Shown here: piece after piece, positions 47,281 to 59,770 of the stretch | Layout: the number at the start of each line of letters is the position of its first letter | How positions within the stretch are numbered: position 1 is the stretch's first letter | Assembly (NCBI GenBank): GCA_973895155.1 | Contig: OZ316892.1 | Span: 23,574,133-23,638,132, forward strand | Length of the DNA stretch: 64,000 nt | DNA from: Marsupella aquatica | Taxonomy: Eukaryota > Plantae > Marchantiophyta | Direction of reading: 5' to 3' | Made by a program: the position numbers and the translations under genes | The notes under the pieces: generated by a model | The model's database searches: none | Seen by the model: the letters and a program-made list of their open reading frames with translations, nothing else | Told to the model about the DNA's origin: nothing

Positions 47281-49262
47281 GCATGCTCCAAAGCAGGACG
47301 TCTATCCTTTGTTGGATGGGCCTGCTTTCGGTTTTCAAGGGAAAAAAAAAAAGGTTAAGGAGGTATAATTTGGCGAATCCTCGCCACTAGAACAACGCTT
47401 CTTGTTCAACTGTCTACTGTAGTTTGAGAAAAAAAATGGAAAAACAGCTGAAACGAATCCTATCCGTTTATCTAAATCTGATTTCTTCATATGTGCGAAG
47501 AATTCCATATTCCACAATCAAGAAGCAGACGAACCCTCCTACAGTAGTACGCTAGTGGGCCTTCTGTAGCAGATTGACCGGCAGGACCGGCAGTCCGGCA
47601 CCATAGTCGGACAGCCATGATCCACTTGTATTAATGATAGTGGTGCATTGCAGCCTTTCCTATATCGTCGAGGAGCAAATGAGCAATTGTATGATCAGCT
47701 ACACCTCCCCCACTTTCTGTTCTGTCTCATTCACTATTCCGAGTTCCAACGACTTCAACAGCATCGACACTCTTAGATCATTAGATGACTTTCCCGATTG
47801 ACTAGACTTGAATATTGTTGACTTGCGATGAGCATGATCTTGAATCAACCAGTTGGGCCCTGGCAGAAAAGGAGAGTCAACAGATAACCCCAAGAGCAGA
47901 TTGTGCATTCTGCCTTTAGGCCGAGAAACAGGAGAATGCTACATTTAGAAATCTATTATAGCTAGCCTAGTGGCGAGGAAGTGGTCGAGTGCCTGAGCCA
48001 AAAGTGGGGTAAGTGGGCAGGGTGAAAATCTTCGATCGCTTCTATCGACACAAATTTGAAATTTCCTCTTTCAATTTTTGACTCTCATTGTCAAACTCGC
48101 ATTTATGAGAGACTTGACGGATGGGCCCCGCATCGTTGGGAAATGGTAGCTCGAAATCTCAAAGTTTTACTGAATCACTGGAGGCCAGTGCCCCATTGCC
48201 TTTGTTCTTTTTTGGGTGGTCCCTAGAGCAACAGGACTTTTCTTGTGTGCTTGTCATACCTACAATTGTTGTTTGGGCCGAGAGTGACTGCTTCAAGGAT
48301 CCATTCAACCGTGGCCCATTCAAATTTGCTGTTCATGTTACTTGTTCTCATCGGACTGCTGGCGTCATCTGGATCATGGTTGGGCATCGGAAGTTCGGAA
48401 CTGCCCTTGAGCTCAGAGATTCCTGGCCTACAGTCGATGCCCCCTTACAGTTGTCACACAAATTTGCAATCTTCTCTGAGAACTTCATTTACTATTGAAA
48501 TGTTTGCAACAGATCGGATAAGAAAAGATTTCATTCCAATCTGCATTTTTGTTTGTTCAAGGATGAGTATTCAGTGAAGTAAATCCCCCTCTAGGCCTCT
48601 ACCGCTCGATCCGGAGTGTGTCGTAACTTTGGATCCTCAGCAATTTTCCAGATACTACCTGGCCGTCATTTGGTCAAGTGGGGGACTGTGCAATGCTGAG
48701 GCATCGTTCCTTGAGCTCAGAGGGACGCCTGGGTGAGGGTTCTTCCCCCAACGACTTGTCCCTGCATCGTCGACTGCAGCACGCACCTCGATGCTTCCTG
48801 ATGGGTACACAATGTTTTCAAAACGTGGCTGACTATACGGCCCGCATTCACCAAATTGTAATTGATGAGCTTACTGAAGGATATCAAGCAAGTTGTCGCA
48901 GCTGGGCTTTCATTTGGCTATCGGTGGCTAACCTTCTTTCTTGGTCCATCGTCACTCAGATTAGACTGATGTGTGAGTTGGCGATGATTTCAGCACTATT
49001 CTTGCTCGACGTTCGTCTCGTTGTATAGATAGTCTTACAAATAGTAATTACAACGGACTTGAGTACGTAAACGACGTTTTCTATTGCCATACTTGCAGAG
49101 CACAAGGACAGGCGACAGACATACTACAACTTGAACAAGGTCTTAGTGGGAGGGGATTGGTACTAGCCAAGTGATCATCTATCCGGCCACATCGAGTTGG
49201 CTCCTGGAGACATTGTTTCAGACCATCCGCAAGGATCTCAGAGTTGTGGAAAATAGATCAAA

Positions 49263-49889
49263 ATGTCGTACATTCGCCCTTCACAACAACACTCCACTCC
49301 GCATCCCCAACCAGTCAACCAATTCTCTCATCAAGGTTACCCGCCTACAGGGACAGTGCATGGAGCCAATCCACCCCAACAAGCTGGACGGGGATATGCT
49401 CCACAACCAATGTATGCTCCTCAGCAAGCGTATCCTGTTGAACAAGTTGGACGGGGATATGCTCCACAACCAATGTATCCTATCCAACAAGTTGGACGGG
49501 GACATGCTCCACAACCAGTGTATGCGCCTCTCCAAGCGTATCCTTCCCAACAAGGATTGGGATATACTCCACAACCTGGGTATGCTGCTCAGCACGGGTA
49601 TCCTCAACAGCATTTGGGCAACCATGTTCATCAGCAACCGGCCAGCTTTGCTCATCAGGGATATTCTCATCAGCAGTACTCTCAGCAGGATAACTCTCAG
49701 CAAGATTACTCTCAGCAGGATTACCTTCAGCAGGATTACTCTCAGCAAGATTACTCTCAGCAGGATTACTTTCAGCAGGATTACTCTCGGCAAACAGGAA
49801 ACGATGGTCTAAGCTCGGATCTAGGTAGTGCAGCATTGGGTTTCAGGAGCACGCCCGATGTTAGTTATGAAGGAGGCGACATTTGGTGA
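49263..49889 (+). CDS. Gln/Pro/Tyr/Gly-rich low-complexity protein (208 aa), probable divergent paralog of the SRC2-like gene without its C2 domain
   Basis: ATG-initiated ORF with GRGYAPQPMY repeats and ~8 QQDYS-type repeats. Downstream flank 50075-50400 is similar to 56170-56260 and 57995-58040. Confidence 0.55.
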   Translation: MSYIRPSQQHSTPHPQPVNQFSHQGYPPTGTVHGANPPQQAGRGYAPQPMYAPQQAYPVEQVGRGYAPQPMYPIQQVGRGHAPQPVYAPLQAYPSQQGLGYTPQPGYAAQHGYPQQHLGNHVHQQPASFAHQGYSHQQYSQQDNSQQDYSQQDYLQQDYSQQDYSQQDYFQQDYSRQTGNDGLSSDLGSAALGFRSTPDVSYEGGDIW

Positions 49890-52609
49890 CTACGGTGGCC
49901 ATTCTAACTGAACTCCTCTCTTACTGTCTGGTTTCTCCTTCCTCGCTTTTGTGTAGGACAATCTACTGTATTGGATTCATTAATTTCCTACTTAGTACTA
50001 AAACAGTAGGTTTGGTATCCTTCACCGAGCTCATGTCTCCATGTGACTTGTTCTATGTGACTTGTTAGCTTAGGAGCTGGCGTAAGGAGAGTAAACACAG
50101 ATGCAACATACGTTCAATTCTCTAGATGATGACTTACAAATTAGGAGTATTGTGCATCCAGGAAAGGTGACAGACAGCTCTCAGGAACACGATATAGAGC
50201 GTTGAACAAGTAGTTGGGAGCAAACCTGCGAACTTATATCTCTATAGTAGAAGAGGAGTCTCACTCGTGATATATTAAATGTAACACATTCCGTGCAATA
50301 GCTATTGGAAACAGAATTCTGGAATCAGGCACACCTGTAGTCCTTCGTCAATTGCCTACCTCAATGCAAGACCCGTTCTGGGACGAGATGGTTTGTTGGG
50401 CCCCTTTTATAACCAGAAGATGGTGTTGAATCTTAATAGACGGAAAGTATGGAGATTCTCAACGTATAAAAAAATTCCGCCAATAACTCAAGGGACTTGG
50501 AGTTTTGAAGAAAAGAGCAATTAGAATTGAGTGAAACGAATCTTGGTTCGAGTCTGTTCCAGAATTCTTGTAGATGATGCGATTATGAAGCACACTCTGG
50601 GTCAAGTTACAAATGATTTACCTTCGAATGATGAAGGATTTGACAGAAGGATTCTTCATGGTTTGTGGTCTCAATGCTTTCCTCTACCCTTAACTCTCGA
50701 TTCTTGTATCACTTTGTGGACAACAGTACAACAATATTACTTTCTTGAAGACACTGCTGAGAGGCTCGAGTTCACAGTCAATTTTGAGAACTCTAATGCC
50801 TTTCCAGGACCTAGTGAGTCAAGGCCATGCCAGGCTACTCCTCATGGGATGGTGATTCATTTATCAGGGCATCTCAAAGCTTCAAAGTTACAGATGAGGG
50901 CTTCTCGCCATACACAAAAGGCCATAGCTTTTTCACAGGTTTAGGTAAAAGCTTTTCAAATCATTTTGCTAGCCTCTACAATGATTATGGTCATGGCATA
51001 TGACCATTAATCTTTATAGCACAAAGTTATGGTAGTCCTTAACTTTTTCTATTTCTAACCTTAACTACAGTAGTTAAGGTTCATCGCCCCTTTTGAGGTT
51101 TGAGACCCTAATTGTAGTGATATCCAGCTATAGCAGAGTTCCTTAGCTTACTGCTTTGGTACAGTAGTGGTTCCCATCCTTTTTCTACTGGAGTTGCAAA
51201 CAGCCCATGTCCCCTTTTGGATTTGCCTTTGTATCACAGGAAGACCAGAGTACTCTTCAAATGTTGTAATCCAGTGCATGCATATCCATTTTGATACTGA
51301 GGCTCTCCTCCACAAATTTAGAAGGTTGCAATTGAACCTCAAGCATTTTGGATTTAAAACTATGGACACCCACAACATTACCCAGTCCCCCAAAAGTGTT
51401 CATTGCTTTTGAATCTTACCTCTCACATTGGTTATATTGAAATCTGACGGCTGTGTCAAATTCTTGTCTAATCCATGTCGTTATCATTTCAAAGTCTGTT
51501 ATCTTGTGTACAATCTACATAATTATGATCTAAGTAAAGGGTCAATTTTGCATCAAAGGTGATCTACCACAAGCTGGACTGCGTGAAATCCCTTTCACTA
51601 ATTTCAAGTTGCATGACCCAGCATTTCACTAATTTCAAGTTGCATGACCCAGCAGAAATTCCCGTAGGATTTCTAGCTGTGCTCCCTTCCACGCTAACTT
51701 GGATTCTTTCTTCAGGAGGAAAGGGTGCCTGCAGGGGGTTGGCTTCAGGAAAATCCTGCCATCCCTCATATGTGGTTGTGTTCAAACAAGTTCCCGACAG
51801 CCATGTGTCTTCTTATGGGGTTATCACATCCAGAGACTCCTTGTGAAACTTATCTACTTCCTCCACTTGTGAGAAGCTTTGCAATGACATTGGGGTCCAT
51901 CTTCTTCAGTATAGTAGGAGGTGGACAGACCATAGTTGTTCATGATACTATGAGGGACATTATTGCTCACGTTGTCTTTGGGACTTGGCACACCTGCGGA
52001 GAGAGGTGGTGTTCAACTTGCCTGGTCGTCCATGGTAGAGAGTAAGACAGTGTTGATCTTACCATGGTACAAGATGGCAGGCAAACCTTGACTGATGTGG
52101 TGGTGGCCATTCCTTTGCGTCGGGACATCTTGAAGATTGCAGCGCCATAGGCAAGAGCAGGGGCAACACAGGTGGCACCGTATAAACAAAATATTCAGCA
52201 CAAGTTTCATCAAGTAGCCTCCTCCTTGCTATTGAGATCTTTGCCCTTTGTGATTTTTCTCTTTGTATTTTGAGGCATTCCAGGAAAATAATGCCCCCTT
52301 CAAGATCTGGATGACCTCTTCAGGAAGATTCTACCCCTATTCTACTCTACTTCTTAGAAAAGCAAAAATCTCTCAGACCTTTAATTACAATAAGGTCCTC
52401 GTTTTGAAGCCTAATGGGCAATAATAGTCCCCCAAATCTCAAGGTGAAGGTCAAGTTTCTTGGGACATTATATCTCTTAATGCCCTCCACACAGGACTTA
52501 CTATATATGTAAAGATTTTTTTTATAATTTCTCTCTTTGTAAAGTTGAGTGCATTAATTTTCATAAAAACTTTTGTAAGTTTTCACTTTGTATTTTCAAG
52601 CACATTAAT

Positions 52610-52767
52610 TTTCCATAGGCTTCCCTCCTTTTGAGGAGGAGATTATGCAAAACACCATAAATGTAGGAGAGGTAAAACTCAAAATATTTTCCATAAAGCC
52701 TCCCTTCTGTTGAGGAGGGGATTATGCAAAACACCATAAATGTAGGAGAGGTCAAACTCAGAATATA
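52610..52767. repeat. ~80-bp tandem duplication
   Basis: ttccata...tgaggagg.gattatgcaaaacaccataaatgtaggagaggt.aaactca occurs twice. Confidence 0.75.
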
Positions 52768-55219
52768 GTTTTACCATTTAAAACAAAGTAATGAATCTTA
52801 CTATAAAATCGGTAACAAAGTCTACTCTTAAGTGCCTAGGGTCTAGAGTGAAGCCTCTAAACTGTAACCCTTAATAGAGACAAAAGTGAAAAAACTTTAA
52901 ATGAGAATAGACTAGCTCAAATAGCATAGAAATTTTATTATACAAGATTGTTTTTCTTCATATCTATTTACATTCAAGGAACAGGTACTCCGACTAGTGG
53001 TATCAAAATCATAAGATTTATTTTTTATTTTAAAATTCTTTCATGTTTTTGTTCAATTGTATAATCAGTAGTTATTGTATGGTCCTTTAACTTCTATTTT
53101 CTACTTAGAGATTCACTCTTTCTTGTCTATTACCAAAAAAAGCACTCAGATTTCTAGTTAATGGCATTATATTTCAGAATGCCTTTAATAGTACATTATC
53201 TTGTCCTCTTACCGGTCATTATCCTCTTCATAAAAAACACATTATGTCCTTGGCCCTATGGCTGAAATAAAGCGCCCAACAATGAGAATTAAAAGCTTGA
53301 CTTCCACCAGGCCTAAATTCCACTCTACCATGAAATATCGGTACATGTCAAGGAAGTATTAAAAAGTTTGCTACATCTTATCTTACTTATAAAGGGTCAA
53401 CTACAAGCTAAAGTTGGAGTCTAGGTTTCTAGAGTGAAGACTCTAGACTCCATGGCTCATCATGTGGATGGGAGAACTCATGACTAAGATGTATGTCAAA
53501 TGATAAGATGCATGTTTTTTATCATGATTTTAATTTAAAAATGAGCTCTATGGCCCCACCATAACATATGTGCATAGGAAAAATGATGGGCATTAATCAG
53601 TAATATATTTTGTGAATAATATATATATCAAACTGCCAAAAAGCAGGGGCACTGAACCGGGAAACACAGGATCCCACAGGTCAAAAACCCAATCAAGGGA
53701 AAACAAAGAAAAGGCCAGAAAGCCAAAAAGACCAGAATAATAGGCAATAGGCGGTGTTTTTTTAGTGGTGAAAGTTAACTAGATTCCACCTCATTAGCGA
53801 GTGTTCCACCTAATCCCAGGCCCCATTAGCCAGAATCTAAGGTCAGCCTCAAATCTAGGGAGATCTGACGGTCAGGAAAATAATGGAATAGGGAATCTTT
53901 TGAGCGTTTTCTCCCTCACACACTTTACATTCGCCCCTCTGGCGAACAAGTGAAATCCTTAAAATTTACGCTGACTAACAGGGGCTAGAAAGGGTAATAG
54001 GGGCTAGAAAGGGTAATAGGGGCTAGTACTTTCTTACTCGTAGGACACAAACTGAAGTTTTCACACAAGACCACTACTGGAGGTAGTGTGCTGAAGCAAC
54101 AATCCATTCCGTGTGCAGCCACTTTGGTTTCTTCGAAGCCCCTCGTGCCCTTCTCGAATGGCCGAATAGGAGAGAGAACACGGACAGATCTATCTCTATG
54201 TCCCGATCAGACGCCACCTTCACCCTTCTTCTGAATAGTAAATAGTAGTGTACAGAACAAATGGCACAGGTGCCATGGATTGCGGGACTGCGGCTGACAC
54301 GTTGCGTGGCTGTGTTTGTGGTGCTGTAAACAGGGCCTAAATTCTCGTGACCTGGCTGCTTCAGGCCCCACCTTGCCCACAAAGTGATTTGATCCGGTTT
54401 CGTAGAAAACTGAAGCTTCCATTGCCTGTCTACGAGTCTCTAGATCGAGCTTCACGAACCACCCACGAAGCCGACAAACCACTTCCTCTTCCTCTCGGTT
54501 TATCTGTCTGCGAGCTCGAATACGTGGGTAGGAAGGAACAGTGCTGAAGAACGCGCAAAGCCGACGATTAGAAATACTTCCACCGGGGCAACCGACACCA
54601 ATCGGGGGATTTTCACTTGCGGAAAACACAATGTCACCACGCTTCAGAGCGCAGCGCGATCGACTGTGGTGCTGGACCGCTGATTAATATCTTCTTTCGT
54701 CACCCGTCAGCACTTGCCTGTGCTTCCGTTCGTCGTTATCAGTTGGACCTTGTTTCTCCATCGTGACCTTGTTGAGATTGGGATATAAGGAGGAGGGGAG
54801 GTGTCTTGTGAGGTGGTGTTATCTGTTTTCTTCTTCCTTGGTGGACGATCTCTTCTTGCTCAAGCGGGAGTGCATAGATTGCTAGAGAACTCTAGAAGGG
54901 TAGAAGACATAGGTGAGGTTTTCGAGTGTGGTGCAGGTCTGGTGATCATTGGTGGATCGATCTGAGATCGAGCTTGCGGCCGGAGAAAGATTGTTTCGCA
55001 TCATTTGCTGCGTAAAATTTGCGTCGAGGTTCTTGTGTGAAGTCGCGGTTCTGTAAAGGTTGTGGATCGGCGGGCACATCGGTTGCTGAGGTTGTGCTCT
55101 AGAGATTTTCCTGGCGGACGATTTCATCGCTTGACTTAGGTTTTGGTTGTTGCCGACGAGGTCTGGTTCGTTCTTGTGAGAGGGACCGGAGTCCTTTCGG
55201 AAAGTTCAATTTCGGAAAG

Positions 55220-55990
55220 ATGTCTACCCGGGAGGTGAGGACGATAAATCTGACGTTGATATCGGCGTCCGATCTGAAGAAGGTGACCCATTTCGGGAAG
55301 CAGTCGACATACGCAGTGGTGTACATCTACACGAACAAGAAGCAGGCGACGAAGGTGGACACCAAAGGCGGGCTAAACCCGACCTGGAACTCGACAGTAG
55401 TCGTCGAGGCGGATGAGGAGCAAATGCAGCAGGGGCGGTTGTACATCACCGTTGAGATTTACAGCCATGGAACATTCGGCAGCAAGATTGTAGGCACGGC
55501 CAAGATCCCGCTCTCAGAGATCCCCAAGGACGAATCGAGTTCCAGAGGGCCTCGATATATGGCTTTCGAGGTGGTCCGCCCATCGGGCAAGACTCACGGC
55601 GTCGTCAATGTCTCCATCGCCCTCGGCGAGAAGCGGACCATTCAAGTGTACCAAACTCCTCAACAAGGGTACCCAGCAGCGACCGCTTATGGGTATCCCC
55701 AAGGGTATGCTCCTCAGCAAGGGTATCCGCCTCAGGGGTACTATCCTCAACAGCAACCTGGCTACTATCCTCAACAGGGGTATCCCCAGCAGGGATACTA
55801 TCAGGACAATCAGCAAGGCAGAAGAGGAGGGGGTCTGGGTGGTGGTGGTCTAGGGGGCGCTGGATTGGGTCTAGGTGCCGGGCTCCTTGGCGGTCTGTTG
55901 GTTGGAGATGTGATTGGGAATATGGGTGATGGTGGTGGCTGTGGTGGTGGTGGTGGTTGTGGTGGCGGTGGTGGTTGTGGTGGCGGTTAA
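55220..55990 (+). CDS. SRC2-like C2-domain protein with a Pro/Gln/Tyr-rich tail and Gly/Cys-rich C-terminus (256 aa, intronless)
   Basis: C2 domain LTLISASDLKKV...YAVV...TKVDTKGGLNPTWN...VEIY...VGTAKIPL...VVRPSGKTHGVVNVS, QQGYP repeats, a GLGAGLLGGLLVGD hydrophobic segment and a GGCGGG tail, as in plant SRC2 family proteins. Confidence 0.88.
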   Translation: MSTREVRTINLTLISASDLKKVTHFGKQSTYAVVYIYTNKKQATKVDTKGGLNPTWNSTVVVEADEEQMQQGRLYITVEIYSHGTFGSKIVGTAKIPLSEIPKDESSSRGPRYMAFEVVRPSGKTHGVVNVSIALGEKRTIQVYQTPQQGYPAATAYGYPQGYAPQQGYPPQGYYPQQQPGYYPQQGYPQQGYYQDNQQGRRGGGLGGGGLGGAGLGLGAGLLGGLLVGDVIGNMGDGGGCGGGGGCGGGGGCGGG

Positions 55991-56926
55991 ATCGCTTCAA
56001 ATCGCTTCTCTGACGATCTTCATGTTGTTAATAGTTTCCACTTCAATCGTTTTCCTGTACGAAAGGTTACTGTAATGCATTCAATTCGTAGTAGTCAAAA
56101 CAGTAGGAATTCAGAGTAGTCAAAACAGTAGGAATGCTCCAATCCATGTTTCCGTGTGTGTCTTCGGCTTAGAGCTCGTAAGGAATGGACATGCATATGC
56201 GACATGGAGTTCAATTCTCCAGCAAAGGAGGATCTTCAAATATTGTGCTTCAAGGAAGGGTGAAGGGTGAGAGGTATTCACAATTGCCAGTGGTTAAGAA
56301 GTAGTTTGCATGGTACCTGCCCAGTTCAAGAGATGCATAGTAGAAGAGAGGCCGTGAGACTGATCTGCGAGATAATCAATGTAACATAGACCCGCCCAAT
56401 AGTGTAGTAAGGTCTTATCTCTGGAGCAGTATAGTACGGGCAATAATAGCCCCCGGAAACTCAAGCTGAAGTTCTCGTTTCTTGGGGCATTAATCCCATA
56501 ATGCCCTCTAAACAGGGCTTTACTGTATACACGAACTTGGGGGCACAATCATTCCCGAAACTAGTCATGTATCATTGGGTCCCTTTTTTTGCTGATGTGT
56601 GCATGTTTTCTTGTCACGAACTTACACCTCCTATTGAGGTTGATTAAAAACTGGAGCAAAAGGCTCCTTCTTTTCAGGAAATTGCATTTCTTATTTCCAG
56701 ACCTGACACATTGTGGCTCTGGCATTTCAACTTTTGGGTAAGGTGCCGAAGCAGGCATGGCTGTTTGGTAGTTCACTTGAGAAGTAAGTACTCATGGGTC
56801 TTGAATTGAAACGTTGTAACTGGCTTCTATCTACTCCTTACCATGTGGTTTACTGTGTGGTTTTATAAAAAAACATTCCAGCTTTGGATGGAGAGGTACT
56901 CAACCGCCCGCACCTTCTTGTATATC

Positions 56927-57930
56927 TTAGGACACAACTGAAGTTTTACCACGAGACAACTACGTACTGTAGTGTGCTGATGCAATACATTCCGTGTCGA
57001 GCACTTTGGTTTCTTTGAAGCCGGTTCCTTGTGCCCTTCTCGATAGTAGCGAGAACACGGACGATACGTCCCGATCGGACGCCACCTTCATCTGAATAGT
57101 AGTATACAGTACTAATCTCATAGCTGCCATGGAGTTCGGGACTACGCCTGACAGGTTGAGTGGCTGTGTTTCTGGTGGTGTAAACTGGATAATTCTCGTG
57201 ATCCGTCGATCGATCTGAGATCGAGCTTGCGGCCGGAGAAAGATTGTTTCGGATCATCTGCTGCGTGAAGGTTGCGTCGTGGTTCTTCTGTAAAGGATGT
57301 TGGATCGGCGGGCGCATCGGTTGCTGTTTTGATCTAGAGATTCTCCCGGCGAAAGATTTGATCGGTTGACTTAAGTTTTGGTTGTTGCCGACGAGGTCTG
57401 GTTCGTTCTTGTGAGAGGGACCGGAGTTCTTTGGGAAAGTTCAATTTTGGAAAATTGTCTACTCGGGAGGTGAGGACGATGTGGACAGTGGTCCTCGAGC
57501 GGATGAGGAGCAAATGCAACAGGGGTGGTTGTGGTTGTGGTGCGGTTAAATCGCTTCTCGGAGTATCTTCATGTTGTTAATAGTTTCCTCTTCATTCGTT
57601 TTCCTGTAGGAAGGATTACTGTAATGGATTAAATTCGTAGTATTTAAAACATTAGGAATGCTCGAATCCATGTTTCCATATGCCACTTCGGCTTAGAGCT
57701 AGTAAGGAGCGTGCTTGCATGTGCAACATGCAGTTCCTTTCTCTAGCAAAGGAGGATACTCAGTAAATATTGTGCGTCAAGAACGGGGATGGGTGAGAGT
57801 TATACACAATTGCCAGTGGTTCACAAGTAGTTGGCATCATACCTGCAAAACTTGAGAGATGTATAGTAGAAGAGAGGCCATCCTGAGCCTGATCTGCGAG
57901 ATAATCAATGTAACATAGACCCGCCCCATA
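56927..57930 (+). pseudogene. Deleted tandem duplicate of the SRC2-like locus
   Basis: Colinear with 54040-56400 (upstream region, 5' UTR, 3' flank). The start codon is changed to TTG (~57455) and the CDS is reduced to ~95 bp by internal deletions. Confidence 0.85.
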
Positions 57931-59770
57931 CCTACTGAATCGGCAGCAGGCACGATTGCAGAATCGAATGGTGCCTGGGAGTATGCAATGGCTCTCCTCA
58001 ATGCAAGTCTCGTATCTGGGACGAGATGGTTTGTTGGGGTCGTTGTCATTAGGAAAGGGTGACATTCAATCCTTATCTTACGGAACTCGTGCATTCTCGT
58101 GAGAAATATTCTTGGTGCATGGAACAAAATATTTGAAACAAAACGCGAAGTCTCTAATGATAAGCTCAAATCCATGCTGGGCCAGTCCTCTCATCGCATG
58201 GAGAGTCCTCTCATAGTGCTACTCGGATGGAGTTCCTCGACTCTCTCCCTTGGATTTCTTCCTGTTCTGATTGGAGTTATTATAGAGTTATGAATAGTGA
58301 TTCTATGTTGGAGTTCCTCGGCTCTCACCTTGGTCCTTGCAGGGATTTCTTCTTTTTCTGACCCGACTTGTTCCCAGTGCGCACTATGCTTCTCTGTGCG
58401 GAATGCTTTCGTGAACTGGCCTCGACCATCGGTTATTCTTGAATTAAGAAATTCATTCATGAATCTAAGTTTAAAATATCACTAAATTAGGATGTGTTGT
58501 GTCCATCACACAAATCATCCAAAAAGTGCGAGCATGGATTGAGTGAAGTCACTTTACCAGCTTCTAGTCTGGTATCCTATACACAAACTGACTTGCTCAC
58601 CACCATGGATGCTTATGTCCAATGCATGACGATGAACAGAAAGTTGTGAAGAAGTCAATTGCACACAAATCATGGTCAAGCTCCAAAGAGTAGTCGAAAC
58701 ATCATCGCTTGGGACCAACAAATGCAGATATCTTGGATCTGATTAATTAGATTTCATTATCCAATTATATGGTCATAGGAAGTTTGTCAATAACATTCAA
58801 TCATTATCCAATTATATGGTCATGGGAAGTTTGTCAATAACATTCAAGGAAATTACTGGAACCACCATCTGGAATATGTATTTCATTATTCGTGTCAGTG
58901 CCTGTCCGCCTGAAATTACTTCGGTAATGCTTCTGTTATCAGTTTGAAATTTTATACTCGCCCTTCTCTCATTTCAATTGAGTATGAGGACTCGCAACCG
59001 ACAATGAAAACTGTGGGTACAGAACCCAGTCTTGATCCGATTACTGCTATTCAGAAGTTATTGGACCCACGTCAATAGAAGGCGTCCGGATTTAACGAAA
59101 GGTGCGTAAGTCAGTAGACATGCCCAGATGGAACCCTTCTGCACAGACGAAAGATCTGTCCACTATTGGTGCCTTAAAGTAATGCCAACGACATGAATGG
59201 CGCTTGCCCCTGGACACAAGTAAATAACGGAAATTGAAGCTGGATGTCTTCACAAAGACGTAAACAAAGGAGTTTTCTGCGCAGAGCCCCAAAATCTCCA
59301 TTTTGCATAGTTTATGCTGTGCACAACTGCACCCCATTGTGCATATCATCTTAGTAGCTCCGTATCTGCAACAAAGATGGTCCTGAACAGGACTTTTAAG
59401 AATTAACTGTCTATAGTCTCGAGTTCCACAAAGGCGATTTCGGCAGAAAGCCTTCAAGGTATGTCTACCTAGAGGACTAAGGATTGAAATGCCAAAATAA
59501 TGTTGAATTTTTGAATAATGCTTTAAATACAATCCTACAAACCAGTGGCCACTTTAGACATCAACGAAAACATCCTGCGGGCCAAAGAATTTCTCCTCCA
59601 TGGACAGGGTTTGAAAGAGGGTGAAACGTATCCACCTTATAGACATAAACTACCACATCACTTCGGCCAAGGACTTCCTCCTCCCTAGATAGGATTGTGA
59701 AAGGGTTAAAGGTATCCTCCTGATACTTTCATCCAAGAAACAGAGATACTCGCAGCCACATTCGAGTCCA

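Noticed and set aside
49171-49836. Alternative-frame ORFs (RITLS, RVILL and AESNP repeats)
   Set aside because: Shadow frames of the 15-nt repeat in the Q/Y-rich ORF.
50500-52500. Possible decayed transposon coding remnants (also 8200-9250 and 10600-11700)
   Set aside because: Only short ORFs with no motif I can identify. A translated search against a TE protein library would be needed.
52998-53010. PBS-like tggtatcaaa
   Set aside because: No adjacent LTR ending in CA and no retroelement coding sequence could be identified.
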